From contig CAXUUL010000089.1 of NCBI GenBank assembly GCA_964255285.1, positions 1 to 33,913 of the forward strand: a stretch of DNA of 33,913 nucleotides. Reading direction: 5' to 3'. The position numbers and the translations under genes are program-made. The notes beneath the pieces are model-generated. The model did no database searches, was not told the origin of the DNA, and saw only the letters and a program-made list of their open reading frames with translations. The first letter of the stretch is position 1; every line of letters begins with the position of its first letter. This DNA is from Ionaspis alba (taxonomy: Eukaryota). Below are positions 21,716-33,551 of this stretch, in pieces.

Positions 21716-22977
21716 TCCGCAGTCAGCCGGTCAGGCTACCGGCCTTGTGACCACGACGCTAGGCAAACTTCGACGCTGTGGAAGTTCAGAAAGTATTCCT
21801 ATATGATCGTAAGGGTCGATAAATCGGACTTAGAGTAGACGTGCGGCTGTGGTCCAAGGAGCACTGTAGCATGTCAGCTGCACGATATGGCAGGTGAGCA
21901 GTCTTCCAGTAGGCCCTACATGTAGATTGGAAGAGTCGGATGGCTTAATGAAGCTCCAAGAAGCTCAGGTGCAGCATGTTTGAGTTGCTGACCTTCACCA
22001 AGAGTCGCTCTTGACTGTTCGACAATCCTGTTACCACTGGATGAGGTACTTATTGCTCGTCTGTCCGCTCTGCTCCTTATCGATTGGGGTGGGGTAAGGA
22101 TAGCCGACCGGATTTCCCCGCCCTCGGTAAATGTAATGAGAGAAACAGTGCAAGCAACGATGGTCGAAGGTTGACGCAAATTGGATGAAGAATGCAATGA
22201 ATGATGAAAACGAAGCAGGTACCAATGGAGATGCTAAAGTTCCCAATGCAAAAGACCTTTGATAGGCAATGACCCAACGTTTCTCAAGCACTGCATCTGC
22301 CGGTCGAGCGCCTTACCTGCTCGAGGAGCTTCAGAAGCGCCTCGTGCGCCTCTAGACCCTGATCGACCCCGGCCTGTCACCCGTGCCAAATCGTACGATG
22401 GAACGAAAAGGGCAAGAGGCCCGATAGGAATGATGGGGGGGAATGAGCAAAACAAAGTGGCTACGCTCCCCATTTCTATGCTCGTGGGCACTTGTATCTT
22501 TCCTCAATTTGTCTCATTGATCGAGAGGCATAGTGATTTATGAAACTGTTTATAGAGCTTCTCCATGAACAACGTGGAGTAACTGAATACCAAAGCAGCA
22601 CTAATTGATCCAGGCATTGGCCAGCAAGCTTCAGCGTATGACCAGATCGGCGGGTCAATAATGATGGAATTAGACCCTTGATTCCATACGTTGGTGGCAA
22701 ATTTCTGACGGTGGAGGGAGTAACCCTGTCCTAATTTGTATACGCAGGGACCAATTTTAGAAGGCCGATGCTTCCCAGATCAAAGGCATGCGTTTAATCC
22801 CAAGCGCCAATACAAGCTCAATTCGCTTTCGAGCTGTTTGTTCTTTGAGACAAGTAGCAGTAAGTAATGCATCACAAGGGGTATCCATTTCGCTCCACAA
22901 CTCCGTAAACAATCCCGCAGTGGGCATGAAAATGTCCTGTCCTCTATCTTCATGCCTCCCATGATAGTTGGATCGGC

Positions 22978-23847
22978 TTATCGTTCGAAGAATCCTCCAT
23001 CACTCATCTCGTCGTCATCTTCCTCTTCTGATACAGCACCCCTAGTCAGCTTCACACCTCCGCCATTTTCATTGTGCTTCGGCTTCCTAGATGTCTCGAC
23101 GGATGCCTTCTGTTGCGGTGGTGGTTTTGGTCTTTCAACCACTAAAGATCCACCTTTCCCATCTCGTAAAGCTTCCAATGTCCCCTCGGCCATGGACCTC
23201 TCGATCAAAGACCACAGCGGCGGCCTTTGGGCTCCGACTTTTCGTTCTCCCCTGCCACCAATCTCCTTCTCATTCTCCGGGCCTTGTTCTACTGTGCGTG
23301 GGTATAGACTGTAGTATTTCTCCGCAAGAGGGTAGAACATTGTGTAGTTGAGATCCACCTCCGCTTCATGAGCTGCAATTTCAAGGTCATGATGCTCCTT
23401 CAAAGATACCGAAGTAGCCTCGAGTTGTTTGCGAAGCCTTTTCAGCGCCCGAGTAGCTTTTTGACGCTCTACCACAGCAGTCAGACCTCGCTCAAAGATG
23501 TGCAACTGAGGGGAGCATTTACCAAAGAATCGTACCATGTGGTATTTAGAGATCATCTTTGACTTCTTCTTCTCCTCGCTAGCTTCTGTAAGGTCTGCCT
23601 CGTAGCTTGCAAGTGCCCTCTCCTTTTCCATACGCACGTCCGCAGGTAGACGATCATTGTGTGCAAGAAGCCTCTTCAGGTCCCGAATTTTCTGCTTCAG
23701 TATATAGGGTGATTTTGTGCTCAATATTTGACCTCCTAATTCGCCTGACTCATGCCGTTGCCTCTTAGCGGATCTGGCTCTTGGAAAAGGTAGGTTTTGT
23801 CGTCGAGAGGGGTGCACATTGTCATGGTGTTGGCGTTTGGCACCCAT
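22978..23847 (-). CDS. EFG1: rRNA-processing protein Efg1; exons 23847-23523, 23468-22978
   Basis: LKQKIRDLKRLL...LPADVRMEKERALA...KMISKYHMVRFF|ERQKATRALKRL...EVDLNYTMFYPLAEKYYSLYP...DGGFFE. A 54-nt GT..TAG intron splits the conserved VRFFERQK motif. Confidence 0.92.
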   Translation of the reverse strand: MGAKRQHHDNVHPSRRQNLPFPRARSAKRQRHESGELGGQILSTKSPYILKQKIRDLKRLLAHNDRLPADVRMEKERALASYEADLTEASEEKKKSKMISKYHMVRFFGKCSPQLHIFERGLTAVVERQKATRALKRLRKQLEATSVSLKEHHDLEIAAHEAEVDLNYTMFYPLAEKYYSLYPRTVEQGPENEKEIGGRGERKVGAQRPPLWSLIERSMAEGTLEALRDGKGGSLVVERPKPPPQQKASVETSRKPKHNENGGGVKLTRGAVSEEEDDDEMSDGGFFER

Positions 23848-24373
23848 ATCTGATTTGGGGTGTTATAAATTGCACCTCATGAGACTGACATATCCCAGTA
23901 TCAACAAATGGAGTCCGTACTAGTTAGTAGATCTGCGTTTGCCGAAGATTGTTTTTGAAGCCATAAACAGAAGTAGACTTTGATGACCCTGTCATCCACG
24001 GGTGGGATTAGGGCTTTCCGACTAGTGACTGATTAGCTCATATGCCGGCTATACTTTTATCCACTTAGCCGCTTACCGAGCCTATCATACCTCGACCACG
24101 AAACAATGGCTTTCGCCGACCTACAACCTTGACGAGCTTCTTGCAGACAACGACTCGGATGAGACAATTACTCAAGACCGTTATGATCGTGATACAGCTT
24201 CTGGAAGAGCCCGAGCAAGTTCGAGTACTTCATCCCAAACGCGAACTTCTTCTGCAACTCGATCTGAGGCTTTAGCTGAAATCGTCCATTGTTCTCCGTC
24301 AACTGCACCTAGTCATGAATTTGCAGCAGAAGCTCCGCTGTCTTCAAGAACCTGGGAACGCGCCAATCTGGGA

Positions 24374-27320
24374 ATGGAGACAGCAATTCGCTGGTCGCCG
24401 AGGTCTACTTCCTCTGATCCTCACTTTCTCATAGTCGATGTTGTTGGTCACACGTTCAAGTTTTGCAGAGTCAAAGAGTACAAGAAGCATCACCTCCTAT
24501 GGGAAGAACTCTCTAGAAATACCAAAGTGCCTACCTTTCGCGCATTTGACTGGTCCCCCTCGAACAACATCGTTGCTGTTGGTCAATGGTCTGGTGAAAC
24601 AACAGTACTTGGTCTTGATAATAGACCACCGATTTTGAATCTGCCTATTAAATCCCAGAGGCAATGCAATGCAGTCGCTTTCAATACTTCCAGTTATCTT
24701 GCCACAGGCCTTGAGCGTGTCCGTAATGACTTCTGCCTTAACATATACGACGTTCACCAACGACCGGACAACCAGTCACAGAGGAATTCTGGGGCCAAAC
24801 CGTCATTCGTTGATCCTTTCCGCAAGTTCGCAACATCAGAAGGCATAACAAGCATCAAGTTCTTTCCGAAGCAACCTAATACTCTCATAGCAGGAATCAA
24901 GGGAGCCGTGCGACTCTATGATCTTCGGGACGACAGCTCTAACCCTGCACTGCAATACCAAACTCTATGTGTACACAATCTCGCCATTGATCCACTAGAC
25001 GAAAATTATTTCGCTTCTGCTGCACCTCCAAGGGATACTACAGTCCACATCTGGGATCGACGCAATCGTATTCGACCTGTGGCAGGTCGCTCACCATCAG
25101 GTGAAGGCAATAGCCACGATGGACCTGTTTGCGAGCTCAATAACTTCAGTGAGAAAGCAGGCCCTGCAAACATATGGAGTTTACGGTATTCTAGCACTGA
25201 GAGTGGTAGCCTGGGTGTACTGGGGAACAACGGAACTTTCCGAATTTACCGAACCAAGAAGGATTACGTAGACGACACCAGTACTCCAGAACAAGATAGA
25301 AGCAGCAGGGAAATTCATGATCAATATGTCCGTCAGGTTAGGGTCCAGACCCTGCACACTGTCGAACCGTATCTTCAGAATCCGGGCAGGAACAAGAACC
25401 GAGAAGACGCTGATCGCATTGTTTCCTTCGATTTCATGAATATCATGACGCAGAAAGGTCGGCCGTGCGCCATCACTCTACGCGGCAACCAGGACGTTGG
25501 CATATACGAGTTTCCAGATCGCCCTGCAGCCCTTGCGGTCTCTGCCCGAGGTGCCGTAGCAGTAACTTATCCTACCTCTCGAGAGTCTACACGCCAAGAT
25601 GGTGTCGTTACTCGGACTGGACTTACGATCAAGGAGTCGATTGAAGAAGGAAAGATTGCGGACCAATTGGCATTTATGCAAGACAAGCCGTCAAGGGATC
25701 GCCCAATTAGGCTACGCAAAGATCTAGATCAGGATTCAAGGGACTCCAAGTTCAGACACTCCAATTCTTTTCTCGATATATATGAGGCTCTCTTGCTCAT
25801 CGATGTTCCTCGCCGTCGTTGCTTGGAAGGATATCTGTTCGACTGCGAGGAGAATGCCAAGATTGTCATAGAGGCAGGAGACCTGCAGGAGATGTGGAAG
25901 TGGATTGGAGGTATACTTCCTGCTTGCTAGATCTATGTTTATAGGTACTTACTTGTGGCTAGGTGCGGAGAGAAGAGCCTCCAACGGCGAGATGACCTTA
26001 GGGCCGTATGATCTGAGGTATCTAGGAGTACAGAGCCTTTGGAACGAGGAACTCGGTAAGCCAGTGGCCATTGGTTTCATATACATATCTTCGCTGACTG
26101 AGTGAGATCGCCTAAGAAGCAGACCTCCAGAGTCGACGGCACCTCTGTCCATGACCGAGGCCATTATCAACCTCGCGCGATCCATGGAAGCGCACGTCCT
26201 CCTCCTGCCAACGACCGCTTGGCGGCACCATCGCCTGCTGTGCTTGCACAGCATTGGCTTTGGTCTACAGGAGGAGGACGTGCAGCCGGTTGTCATGGCG
26301 CTTGCGTCCTCGGGAGACGTCACGGAGAGTAGTCTCCTGGCGTTGATGTTCAGCCAGACCGACCTTGCGTTCAAGGTCCTCCGCAGGGCTCCCGAAAGGG
26401 GCCGCTACGAAACGCTGGCAATGACCATCACTTTCTTCGCCGGTGGGAAGCTTACCGATTCCCAGCGGTCAAATATTCGAGAAGTGATGGCCGACACCGA
26501 GGACGCATATGCCAAGGCAATACTCGCGTATGCCACGACCGGAGACTGGGCGCAAGTCCTGGACGTGAAGACTCTTCCTGTCAAGTACAAGGCCGCTATA
26601 GCGATGATGTCTCTGAATGACAGAGACCTGACTGTGTGGCTCGAAAAGATGACCAATGAAGTCGTTGAAGATGGTTCAGTGGATGGCATTCTACTTACTG
26701 GCTTGGGCAAAAAGGCAATGTCTCTCTTCAAATCGTACATCGACGAAACTGGCGACCTACAGACTGCAGTCCTCGCCTTGTCCTTCGTTGCGCCACGCCT
26801 CACACAAGACACCCAATTCGAGGTGTGGAAAGAATCTTACCGCTGTCAACTCAATCGCTGGAGACTATGGGTCCAGAGAGCTCGATTCGATATGCAATCG
26901 ACAAAGCTGTCAACAGAGTTTGCGGGAGAGAAGGTTTCCAAGCCAATCCCCTCTCAAGTAACTCTCCGCTGTTACAACTGCAATGAAGCTCTGCAACGCG
27001 ATCAGTCGGCATCGACTGCACTGCTTTCCGCTGCACAACAAACCAGCATCTTCGGCGATACAAGAACAAGTACTGTTTGTCCTAAGTGTAGGGCTCATCT
27101 TCCTCGCTGTGCGATCTGTGATCATTGGCTCGGCATGCCAGATAGGGGATATAATCAAGGTGGAAATGCCACGGGACACGATGCTGCTTTCGACAAACAC
27201 CTTGAAGTTTGTGTTACTTGCGGGCATATGTATCATCGGGGACATGCGACGGAGTGGTTTAAAGGGCATAAGGAATGTCCGGCACCTGATTGTGAATGTT
27301 GTTGCGATATGTTGGATTGA
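24374..27320 (+). CDS. SEA4: SEA complex/GATOR2 subunit Sea4 (MIOS orthologue); exons 24374-25910, 25963-26055, ~26107 (or 26131)-27320
   Basis: N-terminal WD40 propeller (AIRWSP, FRAFDWSP, QRQCNAVAFN..LATGLERVRNDFCLNIYD), GDLQTAVLA alpha-solenoid, and C-terminal zinc ribbon/RING (CPKCRAHLPRCAIC...CVTCGHMYHRGHATEWF..HKECPAPDCECCC). The acceptor of intron 2 and the true N-terminus are uncertain. Confidence 0.9.
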
Positions 27321-27866
27321 TGATGCGGTGGGACTTTAGTTGGTTGAAAGTTGTGACTGGCAGTGATGGCGAGCTTAGATGTTACGCTGTGTCTTATCAT
27401 ACTCGCTACAACTCGTTGGGTCGAGGGTATGACACGGTACAGAAGCTGGAGACTCGTCCATGGACAGCGGAGGAATTGCTTGTTTTATAGATACCCTTTG
27501 CCGCAATAGGCCTGGTTCACCTTCAGTTTACAATGAGTTGAAACCTACAAGAAAGGCTTGCATAAGTCTTGGGGTGTCTAGTTAATCAACAGCTGAAGGG
27601 GCGTAATTAAAAAGTGGACAATGTAACATTATCGGGTAGCGCAGTCGTGACTCGGAAAATCCCAATTGCTTTCTATCCTTTCCTATCAAACAGTCCACCA
27701 ATTAGTTCAGCCTCTACTCGCTACGTTTCTGACTGCCACCCAAATCATCACCTTCTTGTTCTAAAAGCAAAAATCGTCTTCCTTGTCTGTGGCTTTCCGT
27801 CAAAAATTCTTCAAAATAGCTTCTAGCAAGACTTCTCACTTGCTTCCTTGGATCAGATATGCCGTT

Positions 27867-29036
27867 ATGCCTCGTGGCGGTGGTTCTCGCGGAGGGAGCA
27901 GTCGAGGTCCCATACCTCGAGAGGTCATGATTTCAAAGAAGATCAGTTGGGTGCTACGGCATGGTGCGGTGAAGGAAGGACTGAAGTTGGATGAGAACGG
28001 GTATGCAAACTGTGCGGATCTGGTATGTTGATAGGAATGGATTCATTGTTCGTTTATCAGGATTTCTGGATTAGTGCCTGATAACTTCCATTTGTGATGC
28101 TTTGCCTTTCTACTACTGTGTCCGAGGTCGATTAATTTGTTTTGAGGCTCGGACTACGTTCGCTCTACATATATGCAGCTCACACATCTGGCCACCAGTC
28201 TGCTTCCTGCTCTCCTTGCTGGTTGCTTCTTCCGAGTGCCAAACCCCTTTTACACAATCGTCTCCCATCTCGCTTTACTAATTTTGCTTCCTCAGCTCGC
28301 CTGGCAACCTCTCCGCTCCCTCCACCTAACCTTCCCGGAACTCCTGACACTGGTCCGCGAAAACGACAAACAACGTTTCCAGCTCATTCCCACCGTCGAC
28401 AGCAACACATCTTCCACACCCAAGTCGCCTTCAGACCACCTCATCCGCGCTTCCCAGGGTCACTCCTTGCCCGTCGCCTCGGCGAACCTGATGACGCCAA
28501 TCCTTCCTTCGGATGCTGATTTCCCAACGGAAGTCGTTCATGGCACGTTTGTAAGAACATGGCCACTTATTCTAGAGTCAGGAGGCCTGAAGCGAATGGG
28601 TAGAACGCATGTTCATTTTGCCGTGGACGTGCCAGGACCAGGCAGAGGTGGAAAAGGAGAAAAGAAGAGTGCAAGTGATGGGCGGACGCCTGAAGATCCC
28701 TCTGCCGCTGAGATTGCTGTATCTACAGACCCCATAGACGCAGATCACGATTCAGCATCTGTAGGTGCCACTGAGCAACCCCAGGTACTGAGCCCCAGCG
28801 ACGCTGCCAAACCGGAAGTGATCAGTGGGATGCGTCGTGATGCTAATGTGCTGATCTGGGTTGACGTGCGGCAAAGCCTCGAAGAAGGGGGAATGAACTG
28901 GTGGCGGAGTGCGAATGGTGTGATATTGACAGAAGGAGACGAGCAAGGAATCGTGCCGATGAAGTTTGTAAAGAGGGTTGTGCGGAGGGCATGGGGCTCA
29001 AAAGAGGAGGAAGTCATTTGGCTGCCTGATTCATAG
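27867..29036 (+). CDS. TPT1: tRNA 2'-phosphotransferase (Tpt1/KptA); exons 27867-28022, 28296-29036
   Basis: ISKKISWVLRHGA, NDKQRF, IRASQGHS, VVHGT, GLKRMGRTHVHFA, ISGMR and SANGVILTEG motifs. Intron 28023-28295 is GTATGT..TACTAAT..CAG. Confidence 0.93.
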
Positions 29037-29144
29037 GAATGTCGTTGTGATAATTGAAGACTTTCATAATTTCGGTATCGTTCTCGAAGATGAAATCCAA
29101 GTTGCGCTGCTATCTGTGGTCTAAGAATATCTGTTCATTCTCTT

Positions 29145-29510
29145 TCAATCCCTAGGCATGCCAGCCAGAAACCCCTCCGCCAGTTGTCCCACCACCTCTG
29201 GCCGTAGAATATCTTTCCTGAACTCTTCCTGCTGTAGTAGCTCCAATGCTTTCAAAGTTGGCCCTGGATAACTGAGATATTGCACATATGGGGGTTTCGT
29301 CCAGTAAAGAAGATATTCGAGGTAGGCTACAAATGCCGGATCCTGCAGCAGCTTTGACGTGGCAAGATGAGAGAGGTAAGGCGGAGAAGCGAGCAAGGTC
29401 ACGAATTCGAGTTCAAGCTCGAATCGAGTAAAACCGCCGTAGAGAGGTTCATCGGACGGAGGGTGAGGTGGGAGGTCCGCTTGCCCATTGCTCATCGTGA
29501 TATCTGCCAT
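29145..29510 (-). CDS. SOH1: Mediator subunit 31 (Soh1), single exon
   Basis: [27 protein letters not shown]...[42 protein letters not shown] is the Med31 signature. Confidence 0.95.
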   Translation of the reverse strand: MADITMSNGQADLPPHPPSDEPLYGGFTRFELELEFVTLLASPPYLSHLATSKLLQDPAFVAYLEYLLYWTKPPYVQYLSYPGPTLKALELLQQEEFRKDILRPEVVGQLAEGFLAGMPRD

Positions 29511-30421
29511 ACTTCGAGGACCATGAGATCCGGGAAGGGACAGTGGTCGCTCCGGTAGGTATTATTGTATGCAATGCAGTTTTCCCCTTGTGGCTGGTGT
29601 GGCAGTACCGTGGCTTCCAAGTTTCCTGCGTGGGATGTGTCGAAAAAAGTCTTTCTCTCACTTGCAGATCCTCCACACCAATTGGAAGGGACCAAGAGAA
29701 CGACGGCACGGATGGTAGACAATTGGTTGAGATAGAACGAGGTGCGCCAATGTATGCAGGAGCCCAACTATCCAGACCGTCCCGCTCTATGGTACATGCG
29801 ACCCGGAAGCCGATCTTCACATTCGAACAAAGTCTATATTTTTGGACGATCGGAGACCGAAGGATCTTTCCCACAATAGGGAGTGACACAGCGCCACATG
29901 GAGGAAGGCGTGGAGTGCTTGAACAGATAGGGTTCTCGGGAAGGAGCCACGCCTGAGGTCGGGGAAACCGTTCTCGATGCGGGCCCCTTTATTCGAAGAA
30001 GCAAGAGCCTCTTTTTCCTACCTTATGCCATTCTTACTCCTCGATTACAACCTCCATCGTTCTTCATCATCACTCGTCTTGGCTTTGCATCGTCTACATT
30101 TTCGTGTACATCGATATACAAAGACATCACCTCAAGCCTGCAGTATTGTAGAGCAGACCTTCCTCTCCCTTTTCCTCCCACTCTAGGTCTACCCTTGCTT
30201 CATCCCCGCTTACATAAGGCCAACCCCTCGTTCCACGCCGAAGCAGCTCCACTGGGAACACGAAAAACGTTGACCGCAACCCTGACGACCGAGGATACAG
30301 AGGATCCTTTTCCTTGCTTCCGCATACATACTCAACTCCGTACCTCTCTTATCAAACAAGGGCTACAGCAGCGGGTGGTAGCAGGTGTGTGGGTACGAAA
30401 CCCCACTGACGGTCGGAAAAC

Positions 30422-32379
30422 ATGTCCCTCGTCCAACCCCAGCAACCTGCCGGTAAGTTTGGTCTTTTGCCTCCCACCCAAGCGATCGTCGCGCTCCTTC
30501 AAACCTCTTCCCAAACCTGATTTTGGTTCCACTGTTGTGCCACCAACGAGTATTGGAAAGACATCATTCACACTTGACTTTCGGTCCTTTCGCGTCAAAT
30601 CTCGCTAATCTTTCGTTCCTTTGTCAACAGTAGAGAGGCGGCTTTCTCCAGGACTCACACTCAACTTATCTCAAAACAATCCCTTCCGTAAGGGGGCCAA
30701 TTCACCGTCTCTGAGCCCAGGCTTCACTGGCACGCCTCCTGAAAGACCCTCATCGCGAAACCCATTTCTTGAACCCGCGACCGAAATGGATGGAGGATGG
30801 ACTCAACAAAAAGCAGCCTCTCCTGTCAAAGCACTCAATGGGACTCCTTCCACAAAGGTGGACAACGCAGCAGATCTCTTTGTACGTCGCGGGTTTCCTC
30901 AACTCACAGCCATCGTAATCTATGCTTACAATCTCATATAGAACAACATGAGCATCACGGACAAAACCACAACAAATGGTACTCGCCATCCAACAACATC
31001 ATCAATGGTCACTAACGGATCTCTTCGAACAGAAAATCTTCCTCCACACGTCAACGGCAGAGCCGGACATCGCACTACGCGTTCTCAAGAAGAAGAGCAA
31101 CGACGGCGAAACGGAGCTAAAGCACGAGCAAATGACAATGTACTTGATATATTCGCAGATCCCGTTGAACCGACCAAGCCGCACGAAAGACGACCGCGAC
31201 GAAATTCCGAGTCCTCAGTTGCTGAGCGGAACGGAAAGGTGCTCGATCCAGAGGAAGAACGTCGCCGGCGGGAGCGAAGGCATCGTGACAGGGAGATTAG
31301 ACATCGCGAGAGAGACAGTAAAGGTCGACCGATCCCCTCGGCTGGTCCACGGGGCAAGAAACCAAGCCATCGACTGGATGTGATCGATAAATTGGATGTT
31401 ACGAGCATTTACGGGACGGGACGTGAGCTACACTGACAATCGCTGATCTCATTTCGTCACTGACTCGAGTTTTCATCCAGTCTTCCACCACGACGGCCCT
31501 TTTGACGCTTGTAATCCACACCGCAACCGCAAAGGCTCTCAGCGTGCCCCAATGCAAGCATTCCCCAAAGACTCGGCCAATAATGTCATAGGAGGCTCGG
31601 GTCCAGTCAACAAGAATATCAACCTTGCTCAATTCCATGGTCAAGGCGCCGAAGGTTTTACCGACTACAGCAATTCCGGTACAGCAGGTCCTCTCCCAAG
31701 TTTCGAACCATATGCAGGCTCCAGTGCTCCTATTCGAGGAGATGCACGACCGGGCATCGATCGTACAAGCAGCTTCAATCCCACCGCTAGAGCAGAAATG
31801 GTACATGGCGACGAAACGATGGGACTTGGCACCTCGACTTTCCTCGAAGGCGCACCTGCCGCCAGAGTAGCCATTCAGCGTCGTGAAAGTGAAGGCGAAA
31901 CCGGAGAAATGGGAGGCTTGACGCGGAAGAAGTCGCTGGCGCAGAAGATTCGTGGGATCAGCAACTCGCGTGGTGGTTCCAACATCCGTGGTGTCAATTC
32001 TCCTGAACCTATCTACGAGCAGACGACTAGCCCAATGGAACAGCCGCAAAGTGGAGGTGGTCTTGGTCGGAGAAAAGAGACGAACCCCTTCTTCAACGAG
32101 TATGACGATGCATATGAGAAGAAGGGCGCCAGTATCAAAATCGCTGAGGAACGGAATAGAGGAGGCGAGGACAGAACTGCGAAGACGCCGGCCAGTCCAA
32201 CGAAGGGATCTGGCATCGGAACCCCACTTCAGAGAGCGGTAACAGCTGATTCATCCGTGAACCCTCCTCCCGCTCATGAGGTCAAGCCCAGTGGTGGAGG
32301 ATTCTTGAACAGAGTCAAGAGCTTACGAGGAGGTGGGAGGGGAAAGCCGAGGGTCGAGAGACGGGAAACAAACTCTTGA
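30422..32379 (+). CDS. Pal1-family cell morphology/endocytic patch protein; exons 30422-30452, 30631-30881, 30942-31422, 31481-32379
   Basis: Pal1 core LDVIDKLDVTSIYGTG|LFHHDGPFDACNPHRNRKGSQRAPMQAFPKDS, VHGDETMGLGTSTFLEGAPA and LTRKKSLAQKIRGI, plus several NPF motifs. Splice sites are canonical; the first exon is less certain. Confidence 0.9.
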
Positions 32380-32858
32380 ATGCACTCGGGGATGGTGACG
32401 AAGTGAAATGTGCATTTTGTCAGGGAGTTTGGGAAGTTGGACCCATCGGATTTGGATAGTATGGTTCGTTGAGTGTGGCTGGGTTGGGTATGATTGCGGT
32501 TGGATGCAGAACCGTGGAAGTTTCCTACTTCTCTTCTACGTGTACAATTCTCCTATGGAAGTTCATCCCTCCTCGTAGAGGATTAGATTCGTAGTAGAGT
32601 CTTTGATAGACTTTTGATAATCAGACACCATGGATCTAACAATTTTACCTAGCTGACGTAGATTACGCCCACTTTTCCTGAAGATGCCAGGTACAGTTTC
32701 GAGTAGGCTCCCAATGTACTTTATACTCATGTTTTAAGAACAAAGCTCGACCATTTAAGATGAATTTGCCGGGACATCATCCATAAGGCTGACCGTACAC
32801 TCTCGAACTACTATCCAACCATTACGACTTTATATCAACTGTCCACCGACAACAAACA

Positions 32859-33551
32859 ATGGCATCTGGTTACGGTCTTGGAGGCGGTATGTCTTTCCCT
32901 TCAATTCCTGAATCCTTCGATTCCCTTGTCGAACCTGCACAATAACCTATGTGCTCTTAATGCCATTCCCCAATCCAAGCGCCCTCCCCATCCTAAATCC
33001 ATACCAAATACAAGCTACGCATACTGAGTCCTTTCTTCAGGACCCTCCCGCTGCTTCCCCTTCTGGCAAGATCTCTTAGCATGCTACGTCGTCAACACGA
33101 ACGCCGACGATATCTCCGGCGGCAGGAAATGCCTCCCAGTCATGGAAGATTATTACGAGTGCTTGCATCATAAGAAAGAGGTATATCTCCCCGCAATACC
33201 ACGCAAAGCTCATCCTGCGAGCCGGTGCCAGAGCTTCTGCTCTGGTAGTGAGGAAAGTGGCTGCTCTATCTCTGAGTTGGAGATGACAGTTGAATATGCT
33301 ACCCGCTGAGTGGGGACTCGGGGGGAGGATTTGATAGTAAACGACGGATGGCATAGCAGTCTTCTATGGATAGGGGCTGATGAATGTTTTTTTGACAGGC
33401 TGCACGAGTACGAGCACTCCAGCACGCATACCGCAGAGCGCAGGCTGCACACCCGAGGGAGGATATGCCGCGGGCGGGGACAATAAGGAATCTGGGGTTG
33501 TTGGATCGGGAGGAGGATACGAAGGCTGTCTTAGAGAGCGGGAGGAAATGA
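32859..33551 (+). CDS. NADH:ubiquinone oxidoreductase NDUFS5-like (15 kDa/11.5 kDa) subunit; exons 32859-32886, 33041-33180, 33399-33551
   Basis: Spliced MASGYGLGGG|PSRCFPFWQDLLACYVVNTNADDISGGRKCLPVMEDYYECLHHKKE|AARVRALQHAYRRAQAAHPREDMPRAGTIRNLGLL...*. It has a twin CX9C motif and the typical fungal N-terminus. It is absent from the ORF track. Confidence 0.93.

Noticed and set aside
24004..24014. TTAGGG telomere-like/Tbf1 motif in the EFG1-SEA4 divergent promoter
   Set aside because: A single hexamer is expected by chance in 34 kb, and there is no array.
29449..30608. ORFs of 88-146 aa between SOH1 and Pal1
   Set aside because: They overlap on both strands, have no domain, and lie in a divergent promoter/5' UTR region.
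33227..33246. Hairpin GCCAGAGC-TTCT-GCTCTGGT in NDUFS5 intron 2
   Set aside because: It is an isolated 8-bp stem with no convincing snoRNA boxes or riboswitch core.
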